Shown here: positions 56,705 through 64,000 of the stretch, piece after piece
Position numbering within the stretch: position 1 is the first letter of the stretch
Layout: each line of letters begins with the position of its first letter
NCBI GenBank assembly: GCA_036397815.1
Contig: DASWIE010000062.1
Span: 4,397 to 68,396, forward strand
Direction of reading: 5' to 3'
Length of the DNA: 64,000 nt
From: Candidatus Limnocylindria bacterium
Lineage (GTDB): Bacteria; Chloroflexota; Limnocylindria; QHBO01
Notes under the pieces: generated by a model
Told to the model about the DNA's origin: nothing
The model's database searches: none
The model's input: only the letters and a program-made list of their open reading frames with translations
Program-made: the position numbers and the translations under genes

Positions 56705-57478
56705 TCAGGCGACGCCACCCTCGCTGGCGGCGACCAGAGGCTCGACCCCCAGGTCGACCTGCGGATGCGGGACCGGCGGGACGCGCAGGGGATCCAGCGA
56801 GAGGCCGGCAATGGAGAGGTCGCGGATCACGCCGGCATGGTCGTAGTCCACGCTGCGGAAGCCGACCACGATGTCCGATCCGGCCACGTAGATGACCGCG
56901 AACCGCGCCCGCGAGTCGGCCTCCGTCCCGCAGCCGACCGAGCCCGCGCCGACGAAGTGCGCCGGGCCCAGCAGGCGGTGGAACGACTCGTGGGTATGCC
57001 CGAAGCAGAACAGGTCATCGCCCTCGTCGCTGGCGATGCGCGAGAAGTAGCGCGACGGGCGGTCGGCCCACAGGTATTCGTTCTGCTTGAGCGGGGTCCC
57101 GTGGAAGAGGAGCGCGGTGCGGCCCTCCACCTCGAAGCGCAGCGTGGTGGGCAGCTGTCGCAGCCAGCCGAGGTTCTCCTCCGTCAGCTGCGAGGCGGTC
57201 CACAGCAGCGAGGCATAGCCCTCCTGCTCGCCGTCGGGAGAGGCCCAGATGCTGCCGGTCACCTCTCGACCCATGCCGACCGCCTCATCCCAGTTGCCCT
57301 GCACGGTCGGGATGCCCGCCGCGCGCAGCTCCTCGACCACCTCGTTGGGATGTGGTCCGCGCCCGACCACGTCCCCGGCGCACCAGATCGCGTCGCAGCC
57401 GATCGTCGCGGCATCGTCGAGCACCGCTCGGAGCGCGGGCAGGTTGGCGTGAAGGTCTGCGATGAGCGCGATCCGCAT
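56705..57478 (-). CDS. Metallophosphoesterase (YfcE/MJ0936-like)
   Basis: 257 aa. Motifs IADLHAN, CAGDVVGRGP, VQGNWD, CFGHTH. Confidence 0.8.
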   Translation of the reverse strand: MRIALIADLHANLPALRAVLDDAATIGCDAIWCAGDVVGRGPHPNEVVEELRAAGIPTVQGNWDEAVGMGREVTGSIWASPDGEQEGYASLLWTASQLTEENLGWLRQLPTTLRFEVEGRTALLFHGTPLKQNEYLWADRPSRYFSRIASDEGDDLFCFGHTHESFHRLLGPAHFVGAGSVGCGTEADSRARFAVIYVAGSDIVVGFRSVDYDHAGVIRDLSIAGLSLDPLRVPPVPHPQVDLGVEPLVAASEGGVA

Positions 57479-57543
57479 GGCGCGGATTCTAGATGGGCGT
57501 GCAAGTGGCGGGCATCACCCGCCGGCAGTACGTTCGGAGGGGC

Positions 57544-58629
57544 TCAGCTGGCCGTGGCAGCGGCGAACGGGGCGGCCAGCACGCTCAATCGGCCGGCAAC
57601 CACGCGCGAAACCTCACGCAATGCGGCAGCGGCCGCCGAGCTCTCGCCGCCGGGGTGCTGGGGCGAGGTGATCGGAACGCCGGCGTCGCCGCCGCTGCGC
57701 ACCCCCGGCTCGATCGGGATGCGCCCAAGGACCTCCAGGCCCAGCTCGCGTGCGATGGTCGCCCCGCCGCCGGAGCCGAAGATATCGTGCTCGCTGCCGC
57801 AGTCCGGGCAGATGAAGCCGCTCATGTTCTCGACCACCCCCAGCGTCCGCACGTTCACCTTGGTGAACATGGCGATCGCCTTGCGAGCGTCGAGCAGGCT
57901 GACCTCCTGCGGGGTGGTGACCACCACCGCACCCGAGAGCGGGATCAGCTGGCTGATCGAGAGCGCCGCGTCGCCGGTACCCGGTGGCAGGTCGATGACC
58001 AGGTAGTCCAGCTCGCCCCACTCCACGTCACGCAGGAACTGCTGGATCGCAGAATGGATGAGCGGCCCACGCCAGATCACCGGCGCGTCACCGGTGAGGA
58101 AGTACTGGATGCTCATCATCTTCACGCCGTGGCTGACCACCGGGTTGACGCGACCGCCCGTTCCGGTCACGTGCGAGCCGCCGGTGCCCATCATCAGCGG
58201 CACGTTGGGGCCGGTGATGTCCGCGTCAAGCAGGCCCACGCTGGCGCCATCGCGCGCCAGGCTGACGGCCAGGTTGACCGCGATCGTGGTCTTGCCCACG
58301 CCGCCCTTGCCGGAGGCCACCGCGATCGTGTTCCGAACGCCGGGGATCAGGTCCGCCGCTGGCCCGCCGAACGATCGCTTCACGTTGCTCGCCCAATCCA
58401 CCCGGACGGCAGTTGCGCCCAGCGCCTCGAGACCGTCGACGATGTCCGACTCGATCTTCGCCTTGAGCGGGCACGCCGGCGTTGTGAGCTCCACCGTCAG
58501 GTCGACGGTGCTGCCCGTGATCTCGATCGCCTTGACCATCCCCAGGCTGACCAGGTCACGCCCGATCTCCGGGTCCTTGACCTGGCCGAGGGCGGCCATG
58601 ATGTTCTCGTCGGTCAGACGTTCTGGCAT
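57544..58629 (-). CDS. mrp: Mrp/NBP35-family Fe-S cluster carrier ATPase
   Basis: 361 aa. N-terminal DUF59-like domain (VKDPEIGRDLVSLGMV). Deviant Walker A SGKGGVGKTT. CxxC motif FICPDCG. Confidence 0.9.
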   Translation of the reverse strand: MPERLTDENIMAALGQVKDPEIGRDLVSLGMVKAIEITGSTVDLTVELTTPACPLKAKIESDIVDGLEALGATAVRVDWASNVKRSFGGPAADLIPGVRNTIAVASGKGGVGKTTIAVNLAVSLARDGASVGLLDADITGPNVPLMMGTGGSHVTGTGGRVNPVVSHGVKMMSIQYFLTGDAPVIWRGPLIHSAIQQFLRDVEWGELDYLVIDLPPGTGDAALSISQLIPLSGAVVVTTPQEVSLLDARKAIAMFTKVNVRTLGVVENMSGFICPDCGSEHDIFGSGGGATIARELGLEVLGRIPIEPGVRSGGDAGVPITSPQHPGGESSAAAAALREVSRVVAGRLSVLAAPFAAATAS

Positions 58630-58887
58630 CTGGGTACCGGGCTACCTCGTGCGAAGGACCGATGGGCGGGCGACCTCAGCCTAGCAGAGCTGCCAGCCCA
58701 CAACCACTACCTTTGTTGCATCCGGGTCAGCGGAACTCGGCGCTCAGCACACCCGGTGCTGCAAGGGCACGGTACGACCCGATTCCGTGCTCGCGTAGGC
58801 ACGCTGGGTACTGCCATGACACGGCTCTGCCAAATCGCGTTCGATTGCAGCACTCACCGTGCTGGGCGCCTCGACCGCGACATCGGT

Positions 58888-59757
58888 CTATGGCAGGCCG
58901 TCCCAGAGCGACGATTCCCTCGCCGGCGCGACCGCACCGGCAGCCACCGCCAGGTTGGATCGAACCAGCCGGTAATACTCGCTTGCCAGGAATCCGTCGC
59001 GCACCTCAGGCCTCCAGTCGTGGAAGGGGCCGGCCGACCCGGTCTGGGTGACGTGTCGACTGATGGCGGCCAGCTTCAGCTGAGCGAGATCACCCAGCTC
59101 GAGGGTCACGGTCTCACTGCCGTCGGGAGATCCGTACGCTTCCGGCACGCGGCTGCCGAGCATCTCCAGCTGCGATGCCGGGACCACGAGCTGGTAGAGC
59201 TTGGCGGCGCGCCAGGCGACCTGGTCCTCCTCGATGTCGTCCTCGAAGGCGAGCGGCTCGCCGGCCATGCCAAAGGCAGCCTCCGTCGCGCGACCGATGA
59301 CGACGTGGTCGGTATCGCCGGTCACGCCTTCGGGACCGAAGCCGAGGATCACCTCTGGTCGATGCATGCGAATCGGCTCCACGATCCGCTCGACGAGGTG
59401 ATCGAAGTCCACGTCGGCGAGGAGCTCCTCGGCGTAGTCGAGGACGCGCAGCACCCGCACGCCAAGCAACGCCACCGAGCGGCGCAGCTCGTCCTCGCGG
59501 ACGGTGTCAAGGTTGCGCCAAACGACCGGCTTCTCGTGAATCGCGCGGTTGCGTCCACCCGGTGCCGGGGGCTTCTCCTGCAGACGCGGGTCGAAGCGCC
59601 CGCGGGTGGCGCATACCACCACCACATACGCTCCCGTGGCCGCGGCCTGCGCGATGGCGCCGCCGAAGCCGAACGCCTCGTCGCCCGGGTGGGCGACGAC
59701 GACCATCAGGCTCCGGGCGGGATTCCGCTCTCGAATCGGACGCCAGATCGAGGACAC
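58888..59757 (-). CDS. PIG-L/LmbE-family deacetylase
   Basis: 289 aa. N-terminal motif VVVAHPGDEAFGFGG and a downstream DTDHV motif. Confidence 0.8.
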   Translation of the reverse strand: MSSIWRPIRERNPARSLMVVVAHPGDEAFGFGGAIAQAAATGAYVVVVCATRGRFDPRLQEKPPAPGGRNRAIHEKPVVWRNLDTVREDELRRSVALLGVRVLRVLDYAEELLADVDFDHLVERIVEPIRMHRPEVILGFGPEGVTGDTDHVVIGRATEAAFGMAGEPLAFEDDIEEDQVAWRAAKLYQLVVPASQLEMLGSRVPEAYGSPDGSETVTLELGDLAQLKLAAISRHVTQTGSAGPFHDWRPEVRDGFLASEYYRLVRSNLAVAAGAVAPARESSLWDGLP

Positions 59758-59775
59758 GGCCGGCAGTCTATCAGC

Positions 59776-60849
59776 CTAGACCTCGACCTCGAGGGCAATC
59801 GCCGCGTGGCCGTTGGTGGCGCCGTCGCGGGCATCGTTCGACCGCCCGGGAACAGGGGCCAGGCGCAGGAAGCTGGCCTCCCGGGCCGTCTCGATCGCGC
59901 GCTGCACCTCGTCGAAGGAGAGGATCTCGTGACGCAGCAGGACGGCGATCTCGTCACGCAGGTACGAGCGCAGCATCTCCGGTCCGTCGGTCGAGAGGGC
60001 AAAGCGCACCTCGTTGTCGACGAGGGCGCGGATGATCGTCCGCAGCTCGGCGACGTTGCGGACCACGCGCGTGTTCAGGTTGGACGAGGGGCAGACCTCC
60101 AGCACGATCCCCCGCTCGCGCAGCATGCCCATCACCCTTGGGTCACGGGTGCTACTGATGCCATGACCGATGCGCTCCGGCTCGAGTGCCTCGACCGCCT
60201 CACGCACCTCCTCAGGACCGCCGGTCTCGCCGGCGTGGACCGTGACGCCCAGCCCCGCGCGCCGTACCTGGGCGGACAGGTCGCGGTAGTCGGCGAAGCG
60301 AAACGCCGGCTCGACCGGCCCGGCGATGTCGATCGCCACCACGCCGCGGTCGCGCCAGGCGATCGCCTTGGCGGCGATGATCTCGTTGAGCTCGTAGCTG
60401 AAGCCGCGATCCAGGCAGAAGATGAGGCCCGCGCGGACCTGCGGGTATTCGAGCACCGCGCGATCCATGCCTCGCACCGCCGCCGCGATGATGTGGTCGA
60501 GGTCCTGCTCGCCCCCGCGGTTGCGCTTCATCGGGTTGAATCGCAGCTCGAGCCGGGTGATGTTGTTCTTGCGGTAGGCGCCGCCGATGACCTCGTACAC
60601 GCTGCGCTCGACAGCGGTCGGGCTGGACTGGATCAGCTCGGTCCAGTGGAAGAGGGCGAGGTACGCGTCAAATGACCGGCGGCGACGCCCGGCGGTGATC
60701 AGGTCCCGGAAGGCCCAGTAGTCCTTGGTCGGCAGGCGGATCCCCTGGGCGTGGGCGATCCCCCACATGATGGCCGGTGTGACCGCCGCCCCGAGGTGCA
60801 CGTGGAGCTCGGTGAGCGGCGTGCGAGGGTCGAGCCGTGGCCGGGGCAT
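59776..60849 (-). CDS. Adenosine-deaminase-fold amidohydrolase, divergent paralogue
   Basis: 357 aa. ELHVHLGAA (HxH kept, LDG changed to LGA), VHAGE, IGHGIS, LSTDGPEM (TDD changed to TDG). Confidence 0.75.
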   Translation of the reverse strand: MPRPRLDPRTPLTELHVHLGAAVTPAIMWGIAHAQGIRLPTKDYWAFRDLITAGRRRRSFDAYLALFHWTELIQSSPTAVERSVYEVIGGAYRKNNITRLELRFNPMKRNRGGEQDLDHIIAAAVRGMDRAVLEYPQVRAGLIFCLDRGFSYELNEIIAAKAIAWRDRGVVAIDIAGPVEPAFRFADYRDLSAQVRRAGLGVTVHAGETGGPEEVREAVEALEPERIGHGISSTRDPRVMGMLRERGIVLEVCPSSNLNTRVVRNVAELRTIIRALVDNEVRFALSTDGPEMLRSYLRDEIAVLLRHEILSFDEVQRAIETAREASFLRLAPVPGRSNDARDGATNGHAAIALEVEV

Positions 60850-60917
60850 GGTCCTCGTGCGCGGTGCGATTTGGCGGAGTGTAGCGCAGCACGACGGGCG
60901 GGCGGCACCGGGGCCGG

Positions 60918-61349
60918 ATGCTAGAATCGCCGCCCATGTGGGACGCCATCGTCAGCTTCATCGAGTGGGTCGCCGACGACAGCGCCGAGGTCGCCGCGGG
61001 CGCCGTACCGTACCTCTTGCTCGGGCTGGCGGCCCTGTACGTGGCCTGGCTAGTTATCGGCTACCTGCGGGTCTCGCAGGTCACCATCGACGCGGAGTCT
61101 GCGGTCCAGCCCGTGCTGCGCTTGCCACGCGCTCCGGACGGCGCGATCGAGGCGCCGCGCGGCGTGCCCTACTGTCCGGTCGACGGGCTCCAATACCCAC
61201 CCGGCGCTCGCTTCTGCACCCAGGACGAGGCGGACCTGGCGCTGAGCTGCGCCAACTGCGGCGCAACCATTCGGGCTGCGGATGAGTCCTGCTACCGCTG
61301 CGGCACGCGAGCCACCATGGCCGTCGCCGCCGAGGAAAAGCCCGCCTGA
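60918..61349 (+). CDS. Membrane-anchored zinc-ribbon protein (hypothetical)
   Basis: 143 aa. One TM (VPYLLLGLAALYVAWLVIGYL), then Cys pairs: CPVDG..x..FC and CANCG...CYRCG. An alternative ATG lies at 60936. Confidence 0.55.
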   Translation: MLESPPMWDAIVSFIEWVADDSAEVAAGAVPYLLLGLAALYVAWLVIGYLRVSQVTIDAESAVQPVLRLPRAPDGAIEAPRGVPYCPVDGLQYPPGARFCTQDEADLALSCANCGATIRAADESCYRCGTRATMAVAAEEKPA

Positions 61350-61392
61350 CCAACCGGCCGCACGGGTCCCTGCTGGACGGACGCCACGACAC

Positions 61393-62205
61393 ATGACCAT
61401 CGCCACGGCCCTGCTCGTCGCAGCGCTGATCGCCCTGCTGGGCGCCGCGCTGATCGCCGTCGTTGGAGGCCTTGCCGGCCGAGCCGGCGCTTCTGCCGTG
61501 GCGTTTGGCGCCGTCCTGCTGGCTGGAGCCTTCCTGCTGGCTTCACTCACCCTGCGCGGCGTGGTCGCCGGGCGAGCCCCGTGGTCGAACCTCCACGAGA
61601 CCGCAATCGCGTTCGCCTTCGGGGTCATCGTGGTGTATGCCGGGCTGGAGCGCCGGCTCGCGATCCGCTCGCTGGCGCCGGGGGTGGCGCTCGTGGGCGC
61701 GGGGCTCCTGTGGCTGGCTCTCGCTCAGCCCGACGAGGTGCGCCCCCTGGTCCCCGCGCTCCAGGCGCCGCTGCTACTGACGGTCCACGTCGGGACCGCG
61801 ATGCTCGCCTACGCGGTCGGCGCCGTGGCCTTTGCCGCAGCGATCGCCGAGCTGGCGCAGCTGCGAGCGGGAGGGAGGCTCGCGTCGCTCCCTTCCGCCG
61901 CCGTCTCGCGGACGGCGGCGTATCGGGCCGTGCTGCTTGGCTTCCCGGTGCTGACCGCCGCCATCGTGCTCGGGGCGGTCTGGGCCAACCTTGCCTGGCG
62001 CTCCTACTGGAGCAACGACCCGAAGGAGCTGGCGGCGGCGGCCACGTGGCTGGTGTACGCCGGCTACCTGCACGTCGCCGGGCGACGCGACCGCTGGGGC
62101 GGGCTCGCCCCCTGGCTGCTGATCCTGGGCTTTGCGGCGGTGCTGTTCACCTACCTCGGCGCGGGGCTGGTGTTCGTGGGCGAACACTCGTACGCCGGCG
62201 GCTGA
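61393..62205 (+). CDS. ccsA: Cytochrome c biogenesis protein CcsA/ResC-like (system II heme handling)
   Basis: Start set at ATG 61393. 271 aa, about 8 TM. Trp-rich motif region GAVWANLAWRSYWSNDPKELAAAATWLVYAGYLH. Conserved His in TVHVGTAM and YLHVAG. Confidence 0.75.
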   Translation: MTIATALLVAALIALLGAALIAVVGGLAGRAGASAVAFGAVLLAGAFLLASLTLRGVVAGRAPWSNLHETAIAFAFGVIVVYAGLERRLAIRSLAPGVALVGAGLLWLALAQPDEVRPLVPALQAPLLLTVHVGTAMLAYAVGAVAFAAAIAELAQLRAGGRLASLPSAAVSRTAAYRAVLLGFPVLTAAIVLGAVWANLAWRSYWSNDPKELAAAATWLVYAGYLHVAGRRDRWGGLAPWLLILGFAAVLFTYLGAGLVFVGEHSYAGG

Positions 62206-62220
62206 CGCCTCGGCCGAGCC

Positions 62221-63066
62221 TTACCGGGGCTGGGTCGGCCGGGCCGCCGCGAACCTCCAGCGCCGGCCTTCGAGGTCCCGGGCCACGTACGAGCTGAACC
62301 CGGAGGTCGTGATCCTCTGCACGATCGTGGCTCCGTTCGCCGTGGCGCGGTCGAGGTGGGCCTCCAGGTCGTCGACGAACACCCACGGCACGTGGGTGAC
62401 CTGCGCGTGGTCCACCGGAGGCCCATCCAGCTTGTCGATCATCAGCGAGCAGTTGCCGACGTGGAACTCGATCCAGGGGTGGCCGTAGTCGTCCTCGGGC
62501 AACGGGTCTTCCCCGTCGGGCAGGCCGTTCGGGGCTTCGAAACCGAATGCGGCGGCCAGCCAACGGGCCGCGGCGGCGGGTCGGGCGTAGTGCAGCGTGA
62601 GCGCGAATCGCGCGAGGTCATGGAGCTCCCTGGGAGCCGTGGCGCGCTTGGCGACCCACGACCCGAACCAGCGGGGGGTGACGCCGATCCAGGCGGTGCC
62701 GCCCATGTCCGAGCCGCCCTCGGCGATCGTCGCCTCGAGCCGGACGAGCGTCCCGTTCTGGCTGGGCTCGAATCGGACGTCGATGCGCACGTCGTCGAGC
62801 GAGCTCTGCCACGCCAGGTGCTCACCCGGCTCCCAGACCGTGACCCGCGCCAGCTCCAGGCCCTCACCGCTGTCGCGGTCGTAGACCTCCAGGAGGCGGC
62901 CGCCGACGCCCGGCTCGCAGCGCATCGCCACCAGCTTCCCGGCGCCATAGCTGTTGATCGGCCCGCGCACCCACCACAGGTCGAGCTCCTCGGTGAACGC
63001 CGTGAACGCCGTCAGAGGGTCTACCACGACCTCCAGCTCCGACGACCGGGATCGGTCCTTGCTCAT
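62221..63066 (-). CDS. SRPBCC (AHSA1-like) and VOC/glyoxalase fusion protein
   Basis: 281 aa. The N-terminal half is AHSA1/SRPBCC-like (DLWWVRGP...VTVWEPGEHLAWQ). The C-terminal half is VOC-like (WLAAAFGFEA...VFVDDLEAHLDRATANGATIV). 4-nt overlap with the ArsR gene. Confidence 0.7.
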   Translation of the reverse strand: MSKDRSRSSELEVVVDPLTAFTAFTEELDLWWVRGPINSYGAGKLVAMRCEPGVGGRLLEVYDRDSGEGLELARVTVWEPGEHLAWQSSLDDVRIDVRFEPSQNGTLVRLEATIAEGGSDMGGTAWIGVTPRWFGSWVAKRATAPRELHDLARFALTLHYARPAAAARWLAAAFGFEAPNGLPDGEDPLPEDDYGHPWIEFHVGNCSLMIDKLDGPPVDHAQVTHVPWVFVDDLEAHLDRATANGATIVQRITTSGFSSYVARDLEGRRWRFAAARPTQPR

Positions 63067-63398
63067 GTCTCACCCCGCCCTTCGACGTGCCGCTTGAAGG
63101 ATGCGAGCTGCTCGTCACCGTGCGCCTGGAGCTGGTCGAGCCAGGTCTGGACTGCCCCGATCGACTCCGGTCGGAGCCGAAACACACGGGTTCGGGCGTC
63201 CTCGGGTGGGCGCTCGTCGGCGACGATCCCCGCCTGGAGCAGCACGCGCAGGTGACGGCTCATGGTCGGCGCCGAGGTCCCCGATGCCGACGCGAGCTCG
63301 CCGGCACGTCGCGGGCCACTGCTCAAGATCTGGACGACCTGCTGACGGGTCTGGTCGGACAGCGCGGCGAAGAGCTGGGAGACATCTGTCATCGTCAC
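63063..63398 (-). CDS. ArsR/SmtB-family transcriptional regulator
   Basis: 111 aa. wHTH pattern LFAALSDQTRQQVVQILSSGPRRAGELASASGTSAPTMSRHLRVLLQAGIV. Confidence 0.85.
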   Translation of the reverse strand: MTMTDVSQLFAALSDQTRQQVVQILSSGPRRAGELASASGTSAPTMSRHLRVLLQAGIVADERPPEDARTRVFRLRPESIGAVQTWLDQLQAHGDEQLASFKRHVEGRGET

Positions 63399-63404
63399 GG
63401 GCGG

Positions 63405-63430
63405 AATAGTTTCACCGCCGGGTAACTATT
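63405..63430. promoter_or_regulatory. Inverted repeat overlapping a candidate arsR promoter (putative autoregulatory operator)
   Basis: AATAGTT (63405-63411) and AACTATT (63424-63430) are perfect complements separated by 12 nt. A minus-strand TTGACA sits at 63430-63435, and the right arm lies where a -10 element would be. Confidence 0.45.
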
Positions 63431-63453
63431 GTCAAGTGGCGCTGGTGACTCGG

Positions 63454-64000
63454 TCAGTCGCCCATTGTGCTTTGAGCGAAGGCGCGGATCTCGGGGATGT
63501 TCGGGATCATGATCCAACCGCGCGCGCCCGAGTACCCCTCGAACCGAACGAAGCGCGGCGGGCCCATCACCTGGCCGACGACCGTGGCATCCCGGGCGCG
63601 GCGGGCGAGCTCCATGAAGGTGGGTACCTTGTCGAGCGGTATGTCCGTCCGGACTGACCTCAGCCCGGCCAGGAAGTCCAGGGGATCCACGTCAAAGGCG
63701 GGATCCACGAACTTCTCGACCAGCGCCAAGAAGACCTCCTGCTGGCGTCTGGCGCGTGAGTAGTCCAAGTCCACCCGGGTCCGCACGTAGCGGGCGGCGC
63801 CATTGCCGTTGAGGTGCGCCGGACCGGCCGGCAGGTTGAGCCCGATGGCCGGATCGTAGAGCCCGTAGGGGTTCACGACATCCACCCCGCCGACGGCGTT
63901 CACGAGGCGGCCGAAGTCGGCCATGTCGATCTCGACGTAGTAGTCGATCGGGATGCCGTACAGGGTCTCGAGCGCTCCCTCGAGCGCCTCGTAGCCGAGC
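63454..64000 (-). CDS. LytR/CpsA/Psr (LCP) family protein, partial (5' end beyond the window)
   Basis: The frame stays open to the window edge (LGYEALEGALETLYGIPIDYYVEIDMADFGRLVNAVGGVDV...RTRVDLDYSRARRQQEVFLAL), matching the typical LCP core. Confidence 0.8.
   Translation of the reverse strand, partial: LGYEALEGALETLYGIPIDYYVEIDMADFGRLVNAVGGVDVVNPYGLYDPAIGLNLPAGPAHLNGNGAARYVRTRVDLDYSRARRQQEVFLALVEKFVDPAFDVDPLDFLAGLRSVRTDIPLDKVPTFMELARRARDATVVGQVMGPPRFVRFEGYSGARGWIMIPNIPEIRAFAQSTMGD

Noticed and set aside
57493-60675. 1060-aa plus-strand ORF across the mrp, PIG-L and ADA-like genes
   Set aside because: It is antisense to three independently recognisable genes and runs through their intergenic spacers. 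The composition is a low-complexity Arg/Gly/Asp/His-rich shadow frame.

Overview
This is a 64-kb, very GC-rich chromosomal segment (roughly 70% by eye, not computed). It is most consistent with an actinobacterial or Chloroflexi-type (Terrabacteria) genome. I call about 58 protein-coding genes, one tRNA-His(GTG) and one decayed tRNA-Arg-like fragment. I saw no rRNA, CRISPR array, transposase, integrase, reverse transcriptase or phage genes, so the window looks like core chromosome rather than an accessory or defence island.

Content in order:
- A class III cyclase fused to a STAND ATPase and TPR region.
- A CAP-domain protein, a MacB-type ABC exporter and a PPC/DUF296 protein in one operon.
- An aldose epimerase, an M24-like protein, a CRTAC1/FG-GAP protein and a PAP2/vanadium-haloperoxidase-like lipoprotein.
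- A xylose locus (xylFHG plus convergent xylB and xylA).
- A KdpD(C-terminal half)/KdpE pair followed by a KimA-like APC transporter, then tRNA-His.
- A ParB/Srx-like protein, a metallophosphoesterase and a membrane protein in one operon.
- A CUT1 sugar ABC system and an ABC-2 exporter.
- A long minus-strand run: ponA, glgC, a YbjN-like gene, an M1-like pseudo-peptidase, a NAPRTase-like gene and a TPR gene.
- M23, A24 and M17 peptidase genes.
- A nucleoside-salvage neighbourhood: add, a HAD-IIA hydrolase, a BMP-family ABC importer and a second divergent ADA-like gene next to a PIG-L deacetylase.
- mrp, ccsA, an ArsR-family regulator with an SRPBCC-VOC fusion, and a partial LCP gene at the window end.

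No clearly novel multi-gene system stands out. The best leads are:
- The KdpDE-type two-component system sits next to a KimA-like transporter, with four helically phased TTGA(G/C) boxes between them.
- A tail-anchored gluzincin-like protein has HQxxH in place of HExxH and is translationally coupled to a YbjN-like gene.
- The ParB/Srx-like, phosphoesterase and membrane-protein genes form a tightly packed operon.

Limits: all family calls rest on motif and architecture recognition by eye, with no searches run. Start codons are best guesses. Many long ORFs in the track are antisense or frame-shadow artefacts of high GC.
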